64,000 nt of DNA from Octopus vulgaris (Eukaryota), in assembly GCA_951406725.2 (NCBI GenBank), contig OX597815.1:33294001-33358000 (forward strand), written 5' to 3'. The notes beneath the pieces are model-generated. The model was given only the letters and a program-made list of their open reading frames with translations, ran no database searches and had not been told where the DNA came from. The position numbers and the translations under genes were made by a program. Shown one piece after another: positions 38,960 to 51,891 of the stretch (the stretch's first letter is position 1; every line of letters begins with the position of its first letter).

Positions 38960-40912
38960 GGTGGAGTTAAAATTTCCTCTATTAATGAAATCTGGTATAA
39001 TGTAAATAATATACATTAACGCCTTGTTTTTTGTCGCTTATCTCTATTTACCTGTATTAGAACAAATCAACTTAACAAACTCTTTTATTCATGTTGTTGA
39101 TTTGTGTTGATATAAATGTCTTCTTTACTGCTTTCGTTTAGAATGTTATGGTTGTCTGACAGTTTGTACTAAATCCACTTATCCTCCTTGTATTCGTCTT
39201 TAGCCAACTCTCTACAACCACTCGTTTCTGTTTAGTTTCAATTACTTACGATGCAAACTTTATTTTATTATCAGTTTCACATTTAATCAAAACAAGTCTG
39301 TAACACTGAGCCCATCACTGCCATATTTCTGTTGAATATAGTGCTTGTTTCAATTAATTTACTATATTAATGAAAATTGAATAAATCAATTGGTGTTTGG
39401 AACATAAATCAACATGAGAGCTTTTAATTTAGATCACTCTCAAACAGGATGCTTGTATTAGTCTTAGACACGTCAGTATATAAACAGTTAAATTAAACAT
39501 TCAATAGTGGTCTAAGTTTTCTACAATAAAACAAATGCTTGCGCTCTATCTTAGTGGGTGTCTCTTTCTGTTCATTGCCTCTGTTGCTATTTCCTCTCTT
39601 ATTGCTGTTATCACATTAATCACTGCTCTAGTCATTGCGAGATCTTCTGCCAATAACGTAGTTGCTCACTTCTTACCAGTGTTATTCGGATTTATAGTAT
39701 TATTCTTATCGCAATTGTTTATATTGTTTGTATTACACACAACAACTGTCATGAACAACGTAGTTGCTAAAGTTGTAGTTGTTAACGTCGTAGAAGCATT
39801 TCTTCCGGAGCATTTATATCTATGCATTCATTGTAGTTGTATCCGCTGTTGAAACATGAATGTTGATTTAAGTGAGTGAACTGAGGATGGAACGTCACAT
39901 TCAGGCCATTCTCTAAATCATTTACAATGTAAACACAGGAAATTAACCCCAAATGGTGATCGAAACTGAATTGTATAGTTTTCTCAACAGTATCCGTCTC
40001 TACATCATTGCCAAGAATTTTTTAATTAGTTCGATGAATCAAAAAATTAAGCTTCCATGTTTATGCAGTGCGAATGGAGAAGTCAGCTAAATGGAAGTTA
40101 TCTTTTCTATAGGTGTCAATATTGACCGGAAATCAAGGGACCCTTTGGGAAGGAATCTACATATCTCATTTGGAGAAGATGCTATTTTCGCAGATTCAGT
40201 ACATAATGAGCCTAACATATTTTTACGAATAAATAATATCCCTACCTCTGCATGTGTATAATGTATAGCAATCTATACACTCAAAGAAATCGATAATAAT
40301 GAAGGTCTATGCTTTTAAAAATCTAAAATTCAACTACATTTAGAAAGCATTAGTTTTATGTCATTTATAAAGCTCCTATTGCATAAAATATTAAGTCCTG
40401 GTTATTGTTGATCGGGATAATTTATATCTTGTCACGAAATGATAGCGTTTGTTAATTCTCGTTGATGTCAGCGATGTTTCTCGTGCTTAAATGAGAGTAT
40501 GCAGACAAATAAAATTGTAGATAGTTAAATAAAAGAACCACAAAAGAGGATATAACAAAGGGAAACCGTCGGGACTTGCCAATAATTGCCTTAATTAATT
40601 TAGCATTGGTTTACACAACGTAAGTAACTGAATTTCTATGACATTCTTGTATACCAACATCACATGTGATCCGACCTTAATATGATCGATGATGACGTTA
40701 ATGATGTTACTAATTGTATTTATCTTTCTAGATGTTCATTTGTTAGGTTTCAAATGAAGTCGTATCGGAGGGTTACGAATCTAAATTTTAGACACATTCA
40801 CGTGCACAACCACTTCTATGTGCAAGCACATTTACGAGTATTACAGTATTATATTTTTATATCTGTGAGTGTGGGTGTGTGTGTGTGTATGTGTGTGTAT
40901 AAACATATATAT

Positions 40913-41789
40913 ATAGGTGTGATAAGTAAATTGTCGCCATTTTATATTTTAAATTTCGTGTATGCATTTTGTTTGTTTTTGATTTTGTCGACAACACAGT
41001 ATAGTAGAGTCAGATGGGCACCGTCTATAAGAGAAACAGTACTTTGACACAATTCACTCTGCCACAAATTTGAAAACGACATGCTATTCTGCTTGGCATT
41101 CGCGCCGGAAGCTCCAATACGAATAGATGATGAACACACGGACCAACCCTCACTTTGCCGTGTCCTCAAAACATGTACCGAGGGTGATGAAAATGAAACA
41201 TCCAATCAACATCATGGTGTTTCGAGTGATCACTAGTGATGGCGATGTTATGCCTCTATTCATCATCCCACACGGCTTCAGACTCAGCACGGAGGCTTAC
41301 ATCAAGTGCTTGGAGGAGTCAAGAGTCCCTGGGTCAAGAGGGTGACTGCTAGAAGACCCTATGTCTGGCAACAGGACTCTGCATCATTCCATACAAGCGG
41401 AAGAACCCAGTCATGGCTGTCAGACAATTTCTGTGACCACGTCATCACTAACATCTGGCCACCTAACTCCCCAGGCTGCAACCCCTCGATTATTTATGTG
41501 TTCAGCGAGAGACCAACAAAGCTCTTTGTAACATCAAAGATGAACTGACGGCAAGGATTATGGCAGCATTCCCCAACTTAAACAAGGAGACCGTCCAGAA
41601 GTGTCGCAGGAAATTCCGAAGTGGTCTGGAGGCCGTGGTAGAAGCCAACAGCGATTTTATTGAATACATTTACTCTTTAGCATTTCAAAATATTTTAATG
41701 TAATTTTGGTAAATATATCTGTTCAAATGAGATGTCTGCGTTATTTTTATTTTTGTGTAATTTAAACAATATATTTACCGCACTTTGTA
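40913..41789 (+). mobile_element. maT/DD37D-like Tc1/mariner element, internally deleted
   Basis: KHPINIMVFRVITSDGDVMP, YVWQQDSASFH, WPPNSPGCNP; imperfect TIRs in TA context. Confidence 0.78.
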
Positions 41790-41831
41790 TGTGTGTATAT
41801 ATATATGTATATATATATATTAATCGCACTT

Positions 41832-41912
<81 letters not shown>

Positions 41913-41957
41913 ATATGTATATATATATATTTACCGCACTTTGCAGATATATATATA

Positions 41958-42340
41958 TGGTCGGACTGGAGGTGTTCAGGTGCAAGCTAGAGAAGTTCTC
42001 TGTATTATATTAATTTGGTATAGTTAAGATGATAGTATTTTAATTAAACGGAATCTGGTGAAATTAATTGACAAATGTATAATACAATCACAGGTCCTGG
42101 TAACTAAAATTGGAAATCTTAAGAATATAATGATACCTGATTCCTGACAAATGATAAATTGGTTTACTGAACTGAACACGAGGTTAAGCCATTTGACTTT
42201 CATTACGAATCATCTAACACAAATTTCTTACCGCAATCCATAACCCTGAGAAATAGTCTCCATTAGGTTAATCTTTTCCTCTGCGCTCGTCATGTAAACT
42301 AAATTTACAGCTGTAGCTCAATGTACACAATAAAGGTTAC
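41958..42340. repeat. Unclassified interspersed repeat, copy 1
   Basis: High identity to 46910-47290. Confidence 0.85.
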
Positions 42341-42342
42341 TC

Positions 42343-42732
42343 TATGTATGTATATGTGCAGATTTGTATGCTTTGTTTTATGTATGTATTCGCATGCATA
42401 TATTTGCATGTCTAGACATGCTGATATATACTTAAATGATAAACTACTAGAAAGTTTTACAGATTTTTACAGTTCCAGTAATGGATTGGATCTATAGTCT
42501 TCGAATCAGCTTTCTCCTTTTCTGGTTCTGAGAAACTTTATATCTAAAGATTGGTATTTAGGCAGTGTGTTACATATCTCAGCGCCCCAATAATTACAGG
42601 TATAAACCTGAACTTGTAATCTGACTAGAGTAGCTGTAGATTCCTCAATAGTTCAGCATAGGAATTTTCTTTTTCGCTTTATGTTAACATCTACTGGGCA
42701 GCTGATTTCCACAACTGTGCAAGCACGGTTAT
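42343..42732 (-). mobile_element. R4/Dong-clade 3' fragment next to (TATG)n
   Basis: Reverse complement homologous to 16986-17365 (CTVVEISCP...IPVIIGAL). Confidence 0.75.
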
Positions 42733-44092
42733 GTATGTATGTATGTATGTATGTATGTATGTATGTATGTATGTATGTATGTATGTATGTATGTATGTAT
42801 GTATGTATGTATGTATGTGATGTGTATGTGTGTATGTATGTATGTATGTATGTATGTATGTATGTATGTATGTATGTATGTATGTATGTATGTATGTGTT
42901 TATGTATGTAAAGCTGCCAATTCCGTTCAAGACATTGTAGATCTTTAGCTGGGCTAAAAAGTCACATTTGATCACAGCACCAATAACAGTTAACCTTCGT
43001 GCAATGGCCATACTCGATAACGAGGGGGCAGCCATCATGTATGTATGTATGTATGTACGTACGTATGTATGTATGTATGTATGTATGTATGTATGTATGT
43101 ATGTATGTATGTATATATGTATGTGTGTTACCAATGTTTTCAGCGTAAAGTGATACATTAAATGCGCAAATATGAAGCCTAAGAGATAGACCCACTGAGC
43201 CAGAACCGTTAATCTAACGTTGAAAACGTTGCCCTACACCTGTCTATCTATATCACGTTTGCTCTGTTTAGTTAAGCTAATTTTTTTCATCCCATCAAAA
43301 CAATTAGATAGATAGACACACTTTAAGATATTAGGACAAAATAAACACCTAATATTATACAGCAGTAGAGATTGATTACTATATTATAAGCAGTAGAAAT
43401 TGATTACTATACATAAATATTATATTCATTATGTATATTAATCAAACACAATGTGCAAATATAGGAGTGAGGAGCATTACTGTATTTTTGACTTTGAAAA
43501 ATATTTTTTTGTTTACAAACGGTTAGTACTTTAGAATAACTATATCAATTAAGCAAACGGCATTCTCTAAATGCATGGGAAATACTATAAGGTAATCTGA
43601 ACGCTATTTCAGAAAATTATCTGCGTTTATGGGGCAAAATGAGTAAACCAAGATAAAGTAAATTTGCCTCTTCAATTTTCCTGAATTACATTTGAAAACA
43701 GACCCCATGGCTTATTCTTTGTAAGCCTAGTACTTACTTTATCGGTCTTTATCCGAACCGCTAAGTTATGGAGACGTAAACACACCAACATCGATTATCA
43801 AGCGATGGTGAGGGGCAAACACACACAAATATATATATATCTAATATAGGATAATATTTTTTCGAAAAATAAATTTTATAAATGGCCAGCATATTAAAAA
43901 ATACCTTTAAGGGTTAAATTTATAAACAACGTCCATATGGTTATGGACGACGTGTCTAGTTTCGGTATATTTGGCATTAGAAATTTTTTTCTTTTGCCCT
44001 TGTTTATAAGTTATATATATATGTGATAGCCGCCATGATAGATCGTTAGCCACTACACACATTTTTTTTCTCTCCTTGTTTTTTCTGTGGCC

Positions 44093-44128
44093 CTTTCTGT
44101 AGAAGAGCGTAGGCTCGAAACGTAAAAG
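44093..44128 (+). ncRNA. Degenerate minimal hammerhead-like motif
   Basis: cttt-CTGTAGA-a-gagc(gtag)gctc-GAAA-C-GTA-aaag; core deviates at A6. Confidence 0.4.
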
Positions 44129-44223
44129 AATTTTTTCTATTCCTGAGCGTTATACTAATACATCTGTTTGTTTTGTACACCGCCTGTCTTCGTCATTTGT
44201 TTTTTTTTTTCGTAAACTTTCCC

Positions 44224-44266
<43 letters not shown>

Positions 44267-44694
44267 ATTTTATCTTTGTTTCGTTCAGTAGAACCTCTAT
44301 ATTTTGTTTTTTGCTTTCTTTTCTTTTTTGACAAAAATTCCTTCAAGATTCCCAAAGTTTTGGCATCCGTCACATTTGTAAGTTGTGATTTCTGTTATGT
44401 AATAGGCTTGTGCTAGTAGAAAATACTTAATATGTATGTTATGCATATTTTGATATATATATATGGTAATTTATTTCCAAATATCCATCCGTTTTAATTC
44501 AATGTAGTCTGTATTATCGCATCAAATATAATTTTTTTTTCCATATTCATCGAATGTTCTACTAAAATGCTTTGCTTAAGAAGCATTTTCGTTATACTTA
44601 CCAGATATTATTTGTAATATTATATGAGATGCGTTTGTGGGTATTTGCATATATGCATTCATGTCTACGTATGTAGGTGTCCATATATATATAT

Positions 44695-45103
44695 GGCGCA
44701 GGAGTGGCTGTGTGGTAAGTAGCTTGCTAACCAACCACATGGTTCTGGGTTCAGTCCCACTGCGTGGTATCTTGGGCAAGTGTCTTCTGCTATAACCCCG
44801 GGCTGACCAATGCCTTTTGAGTGGATTTGGTAGACGGAAACTGAAAGAAGCCTGTCGTATATATGTATATATATATAAGTGTGTGTGTATTTGTTTGTGT
44901 GTCTGTGTTTGTCCCCCTAGCATTGCTTGACAACCGATGCTGGTGTGTTTACGTCCCCGTAACTTAGCGGTTCGGCAAAAGAGACCGATAGAATAAGTAC
45001 TGGGCTTACAAAGAATAAGTCCCGGGGTCGATTTGCTCGACTAAAGGCGGTGCTCCAGCATGGCCGCAGTCAAATGACTGAAACAAGTAAAAGAGTAAAA
45101 GAG
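44695..45103 (+). mobile_element. SINE family B (tRNA-derived, CORE-like), full length
   Basis: A-box tggctgtgtgg, B-box ggttcagtccc, cttgggcaagtgtctt core, (GTAAAAGA)n tail. Confidence 0.88.
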
Positions 45104-45281
45104 TATATATATATATATTGGGTTAGGGACAGACAGAGAAAGACAGATAGGCGCAAGCATAGTTATGTAGTTAAGGTGTTCGTTTCGGGTTCAGTTTCAC
45201 TGTCTAATTGTCAGTAATTCATAGACTAAAAGGCTTCCGATCAGCACCTCCAGCCCCCACCCCACCCCACACACATACATA

Positions 45282-45470
45282 TACGTGGATGTGCTAAAAA
45301 GTTCCTGGCTTTGGGTAAAAGGAAAGGCAGGAAGATTAGTTAATTATGATTCTATTCAACATATTCCCCTCTCAGATTCACACACTTATTGCAGCGGTCC
45401 TTCAATTTTTCTAAGCTCTGTCAAAGAACGCGGAAGGTTGGGCCTCCAACCAGGCCTTTGGTGATACCCT
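45282..45470 (-). mobile_element. Mariner (irritans-like) 3' terminal fragment
   Basis: C-terminal KCVNLRGEYVE* followed by a TIR-like end. Confidence 0.65.
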
Positions 45471-45551
45471 TAAAGTGTGGAACTTTCCATAAACCCCTTG
45501 TGTATATATATATTCCTACACAATGACACACACACATACGCACACATGTAT

Positions 45552-45649
<98 letters not shown>

Positions 45650-45650
<1 letters not shown>

Positions 45651-45810
45651 TGTTTCTTTATTAACCACATAGGGCTGGACATAGACGGGACAAATTACAA
45701 AGTAGAGCTTTTCTTTTTGGGGAGAAATAAGAAAAAAAAGGAAAAAGGTGGGGTAGGTTTTCGATCAAAAGGGATCGTAAAAAGGAAAAAAAACGATCAA
45801 TAGGGATCGT

Positions 45811-45812
<2 letters not shown>
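45650..45812 (-). mobile_element. Non-LTR retrotransposon 3' end (probably Tx1) inside (GATA)n
   Basis: Minus strand ends ...gtggttAATAAAgaaacat-(ATCT)n; homologous to 48220-48475. Confidence 0.6.
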
Positions 45813-45899
<87 letters not shown>

Positions 45900-46029
45900 C
45901 GACGGGCTTGTTTCAATTTCCGTCTACCAAATGCACTCAGAAGACTTTGGTCAGCCTTGTGGCTGTAGTCGAAAGTACCTGCTCAAGGTGTCACGCAAAG
46001 GAGCTGAACCATGTAGTTGGGAAGCAAAC

Positions 46030-46785
46030 TTCTTTATTTCATTTAATTTGCCACAAGGGCATCACACAGAGAGAAGCTTGCGGGCTGGACACAGACATTA
46101 ATGGGATGAATGATAATGATGCAAGGATGATAAAGATGGGAGAAGACGAAAAGCGCCCACCGACTTTCGCTTCTCTAAAACATTGTTCTTTTTTTGTTTT
46201 TAAAAAAAAACACAATGAGGCGATAAACCTCTTACTTAGTTCAGAATTCTTTTTTTTTTTTTTTTTTGAAGCACAATGAGGCTATAAACCTCGTACATAG
46301 TTCAATATTGAAAAAATATCACACACACGAAGCAATAAACCTCTCACTTTTTTTACATTTTGTAGACTCTTTTTGAGTCCAAATATCCAATACTTTTCCG
46401 TCCGACCAGGCTCCTTGCTTCATCGAAGCACCTATTCGGTCCCAAGCCGGACCACTTGGCCATATAGCTATAGGAGTCCGCTTGGAAGGAATTCATTATC
46501 CTTCACAAATCGTTATCCCATAAGACCTCCGCAGCCACCTGCGAAGGCCACTCAGGGTCCTCCGTGCAGGACAGAAGCCCCTCCCACCAGCCCTTCCTTT
46601 CAATTTTTTTAATTACATTCTGCAAAGTTCCTCCCTTGAGGAAGCGGACCACAAATTCCTCCTCCAGCGGCACACCCGCCGAAGGAGAATCGGGACACGC
46701 CGGCAGCGTGTCACAACCTACCGGCAATGTCCCGTTTTTCTTTTTTCTTTTCTTTTTCTCTTGGGCCGCGGGGGAAGCAAACTTC
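46030..46785 (-). mobile_element. Retroelement-like fragment with related 3' tail (possible non-autonomous Tx1 derivative)
   Basis: GC-rich ORF-like segment ending in a ...tgtgtgatgcccttgtggc...aataaaga tail similar to the 45650/48220 ends. Confidence 0.35.
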
Positions 46786-46909
46786 TTATCACACTGCCAC
46801 GCCTGCGTCTATATTCCTTTTTTCCTTTGTTTGTTTCAGTCATTTGACTGCTGCCATTCTGGAGCACCGCTTTATTATTTAAAATTATATGATATACTCT
46901 GTTCTGTAA

Positions 46910-47290
46910 ATGGTTGGGTTGGAGGTGTTCCAGTACAAGCCAGAGAAGTTCTCTGTATTTAATTTGGTATAGTTAAGATGATTGTATTTTAATTAAACGG
47001 AATCTGGTGAAATTAATTGACAAATGTATAATACAATCACAGGTCCTGGTGACTAAAATTGGAAATCTTAAGAATATAATGATAGCTGATCCCAGCCAAA
47101 TGATAAATTGGTTTACACAACTGAACATGAGGTTAAACCATTTGACTTTCTTTATGAATCATATAACACAAATTTCTTACCGCAATCCATAACCCTGAGA
47201 AATAGTCTCCATTCGGTTAATCTTTTCCTCTGCACACCTCATGAAAACTAAATTTACAGCAGTAACTCAATCAACCCAATAAAGGCTACC
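46910..47290. repeat. Unclassified interspersed repeat, copy 2
   Basis: High identity to 41958-42340. Confidence 0.85.
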
Positions 47291-47344
47291 AAAAATTTTA
47301 ATTCATTGTTGTCAATAGTTAAATAATTAAGAAGTTTGTCGTCA

Positions 47345-48142
47345 GTGTTTGTCTCTAATCCTTTCAGACGCGTCCATCAGATACATTCTTTCGCCATAGC
47401 CACAAGTATGATGAAAATAGCTCTTCCTTCCCGTTTGAAGGAAGGAGGCGTGACGATATTGACAATAGACTCGACTGATAAACTGACTCGTCCCACACGT
47501 GACAGCAGTCGTTCGACATAAGCCCACAGGTCGGAAATGGTTGGACACTGCACGAGTGCGTGCAGAACGGTTTCGTCGCTCTGACCGCATCTCGGGCAGG
47601 TCGGCCCCGTGTTTCTCGAGCCGTGTCTGTAGAGCTTATCCCGAACAGGTAGCGCTTCTCGGTAGCACTGCCAGGCCAGGGATCTCTGGAAGTTGTCGAT
47701 AGGTCCCGGCCCGAAAGTCATCTTGAACAGGCAGGTCAGGTATTCCTCGTCGACGCCCAGGTTTGCCCCGAAATCGTCGTCGTACCTCTCCTCCACTAAT
47801 CCCCTATAGAATGCTTTGGTTGTGTTGAAGTCGCTCAAGGTCGACCCGAGACGGCATAGTTGCTTGAGAGCAACGCGACACTCGCGGTGCCATTCGCCCT
47901 TCCTCGGCCTCTTTTTGATCCACGACTGCAGTTCGGTCATGGAGACGAGCTGCGGGAAAGTGTGCCTCACAAACGGCGACCACACCTGTTCACTATCTTC
48001 TACGTAGAGCCGGAGATGTCGCAGTCTCAGCGCGTGTCTGCGCATCATCAACCACGACATGTCCAGCCCTCCTTTTAACGGGTGTTGACAGCAAATGGAT
48101 CGCCTGACCATCGGGACGCATCCTTTCCACAAGAAGCGGAAG
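47345..48142 (-). mobile_element. Tx1-clade LINE ORF2 C-terminal fragment, 5' end abutting (GATA)n
   Basis: FRFLWKG...VRRSICC..PLKGGL, zf-RVT motif CPRCGQSDETVLHALVQC; homologous to ~59640-60260. Confidence 0.85.
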
Positions 48143-48145
48143 ATG

Positions 48146-48219
<74 letters not shown>

Positions 48220-48313
48220 CATGTTTCTTTATTCGCCACGAAGGGCTGAACACAAAAGGGACAAAATACAAAATAGAGCTTTTCTTTCTGGGAAGAAGAT
48301 GAGAAGGAAAAAA

Positions 48314-48368
<55 letters not shown>

Positions 48369-48475
48369 TTGGTCGAATTCCGGTCAAAAGGGATCGTGAA
48401 AAAAAAAGTGGGGCCTATCAATAGGGATTATGTATCACAGAAATGTCAATGTAAAATGGGAAAACAGATTAGGTT
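48220..48475 (-). mobile_element. Non-LTR 3' UTR (probably Tx1) between (GATA)n tracts
   Basis: Ends ...cagcccttcgtggcgAATAAAgaaacatg-(TCTA)n. Confidence 0.6.
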
Positions 48476-48565
<90 letters not shown>

Positions 48566-49410
48566 TGCGCTGTGAAACGCGAACCGTAACCAAAGTTAAG
48601 GCTGTTTGGTAGGTCTTGCATCCCACTCCTATATCCAGTCCGGTATGACACGGTGCATCAAACCACGGTATAGGCTGCTGGTTGGAATACGAGTCACGTA
48701 ATAGTATTAATAAAATACGGGAAACATATATTTTATGTCTTATAAAACATACACGCGTTTCAGAAAATTATTGTCAGGATTATATAACAGCTTGTTGAAA
48801 AATTATATTGTCTTGTTAATCCACCTCTTTTATGTTTAGCAAAAAATACAAAGAATATTATTAAATGTTTAATATATGTTTCCGTTATGCAAATTATCAA
48901 AAATATAAGTGGCATGACTAAATCCAAAGGACAATGTATAGTAGGAGAGAAGCAAACAGAGTACACAGGTTCAAAGCCATACTTTTTCATATCTAAATAG
49001 GCAGGTGCATATATACATTCTTACACACTGGCAACCATTCCTAAAGTATGCAATAGAGAGAAGATGCGGGGAGAAAGCATCTCAGGATGACAGCCCGGTG
49101 ATCATGACGATAACATTGATAACAACGTGTGTTGTGATGGTGAGAGTATTGCTTTCGGAGGAGGTGGTCAGTTATATTGCCGCTGCTGTTTAGTGTCAAG
49201 TTAAACCTCGTTGGCCTAACATCAAGGACATACTGTACACTTTTTCCTCACTGAACGTCAGTCAACTTCGTCTCTTTGTTAAATCCTATACTCTTGGAAT
49301 TCTGAGCTTGGCACTGCTGACCCGGAGAAAGCCACATGTAAGTTTTAACTTCTAAAATAATGTGTATGTGTGTATGTGTGCAGCTGTGTACGTACATGCA
49401 CACACACACA

Positions 49411-49459
<49 letters not shown>

Positions 49460-49591
49460 TATTTCAAAAGTTATAATTTACATGATGCTTTTTCTGGAAT
49501 GGCATTACCAAGTTCAGAATTCCAGGAGGATAGGATGTAACTAAAGGATGAGGCTCCCTGGGGAATGAGTGTCTTTGATATAGCTCAATGA

Positions 49592-50162
49592 AAGGCCGCG
49601 AGTTGGCAGAATCGTTAGCACGCCGAGCAAAATGCTTAGCAGCATTTCGTCCGTCTTTACGTTGTGCAATCAAACTCTGCCGAAGTCAGCTTCGTCTTTC
49701 ATCCTTTCAGGGTCGATAAAATAAGTACCAGTTGAGCCCTGGGATCAATGTAATTTCCCCAAAATTTCAGGCCTTGTGCCTATGGAAGAAAGGCTATTAG
49801 GTAAATGAGGATTGGCTTGAGACTAAGAAGCAACAATAATATAAAGGGCTACCTCCACCCCAAACAATACCCCCCACCACCATCACGTTGTTATCAATAT
49901 CGTTGTCTTGGTCACTGGACTATCACCCTGGGTTCAGTTTTTGGAGTGGTTGACGATGGAGCTGTCTTGCTCTCAAGACTTTGTGGTTGTCCCTTTCGAT
50001 TACATTGACCCTAGGTTTCTTTGTCTTTTTTTTTTAATAGACCCCGAAAGAATGAAAGGCAAAGGTGGCCTCGGTGGAATTTGAACTCAGTACATAAAGA
50101 GTCAGAAGAAATACTGTTAACCATTTTCTCCGATGAGTAAGCGATTCTGCCAGCTCGCCGCT
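49592..50162. mobile_element. Two older SINE family A copies in opposite orientation (49592-49795 +, ~50020-50162 -)
   Basis: Homology to the family A head and body. Confidence 0.75.
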
Positions 50163-50444
50163 TTTTGCAATGGTATTACGAACCCTCATATTGACTCATA
50201 ATTACAAATTTATTACGAAGTGAGTACGAGCGATTGAATAATCAACCACTGTATATGACTAGTATATATTTTATCAACTCAGAGTAGCTGAAAGGAAACA
50301 TTCACCACTGCATTCTTGTATCGATAACAGAAATAACAATCCCAATAAAAGTGAAAAGAGACAACAGAGAAAATAAATAGAAAAAATAGATATGAAGAAA
50401 TAGACTGACATTATTCATAGAAACAATAACAAAAAATACAATTA

Positions 50445-51701
50445 TCAGGTCATCCCATAAGTTCTGTCCGATTTTACCTTTTTTAAAATTGAATGAAATT
50501 TAATTGTATTTTAGAATATTTAATGGAATTAAAAATTATTTTTATGCATTTGTGTACATTTAAACTAATTAAATATTATTTTACAGAATAATAGAATTAA
50601 AATTCTTTGATTAAGACCCTTTCTAACATGAAAGTATCCAAAGAGTATTTAAGGTACATAATGCTTTATGAGTACAAAAAAGAAAAAGAAACTCTGCAGA
50701 CGAAGCTTATGGGAAAAAAATGCTTGAATGCAAGAACTTGCAGAAGATGGTTTACAAAATTCAGAAGTGGAGATTTCAGCCTTGAAGATGAAAATCGAAC
50801 AGGACGTCCAGTTGAGTTTGATGATAAGCTCCTTGAGGCATTACTTGAAGAAAATCTTGCCTTATCAGTCGAGGAATTGGTAATAAAGTTTAGTTCAAAC
50901 CAAGCAACTGCTCATGGTCATCTTCAACAACTTAGAAAGGTTCCTAAACTTGGAAAATGGGTTCCTCATGAATTGTCCGAAAGCAACTGCAAATCCCCAG
51001 TTGACATCTGCACTTCTCTCCATTCTCGCGAACTCATTTCACCCTTTTTGAATAGACTTGTGACTGGTGACAATAAATGGATCTTCTATCGAAATGTTAA
51101 ACGTCGTAAACAGTGGCTTGGTAAAAGAGAAAAAACTCAACCACAACTGAGAAGGGAACTTCATGGAAAAAAGGTTCTTTTCTCTATCTGATGGGATTGC
51201 AAAGGAGTAATTCACTTTAAATTGTAACCACCTAATGCAAGAATCAATGCTTCAAGTTTACAGTCAGTAATTAGAGTGTTTGAATCACGCTTTGAAGAAA
51301 AAAAGACCCGCTTTAGTGAATCGAAAAGGAGTGATGTTTCATCAGGACAATTCGCGACCCCACGCTGCAAAGATCACATCACAGAAGATCGAAGAGCTTG
51401 GTTGGGAAAAAGTTCCTCATCCACCTTATCCTCCCGACCTTGCTCCTATCAGACTACCATTTGTTTCGTAGTTTACAGAATCATTTGGGGGACATAACTT
51501 TCGCAAGCCAGGAGGAGGTCGAAACTGACATGTTAGAGTTCTTCGCTTTGAAACCAAAAGAGTTTTACATTGATGGGATTAAAAAAGCTTGTAAATAGAT
51601 GAAAGGAAGTCATAGATAATCATTAAATTTGAATTAAATATAACATTTGATCACTTATTTTCTTTATTCAAAATTCAGACAGAACTTATGGGATGACCTG
51701 A
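50445..51701 (+). mobile_element. Full-length mariner (DD34D), pseudogenised transposase
   Basis: TIRs tcaggtcatcccataagttctgtc / gacagaacttatgggatgacctga with TA flanks; WVPHEL, VTGDNKW, FHQDNSRPH, HPPYPPDLAP, DYHLF. Confidence 0.93.
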
Positions 51702-51761
51702 TATATATATATATATATATATATGACCTGATAGAAGGAAGATGAAGAGGACAAAAATGGA

Positions 51762-51891
51762 AGACGACGACGACGACGAAGAAGAAGAAGAAGAAGAAGA
51801 AGAAGAAGAAGAAGAAGAAGAAGAAGAAGAAGAAGAAGAAGAAGAAGAAGAAGAAGAAGAAGAAGAAGAAGAAGAAGAAGAAGAAGAAGAA
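51762..51891. repeat. (GAC)n-(GAA)n trinucleotide repeat
   Basis: Directly visible. Confidence 0.97.

Noticed and set aside
36062-39019. Three 920-985 aa ORFs as genes
   Set aside because: Arithmetic consequence of a stop-free 28-bp unit; TTG starts, no ATG, identical peptide in all frames
40100-40262. Possible + strand exon after cttttctatag
   Set aside because: No recognisable peptide in any frame and no strong donor
50607-51598. Functional mariner transposase or SETMAR gene
   Set aside because: Split by stops and frameshifts, N-terminal deletion, no SET domain
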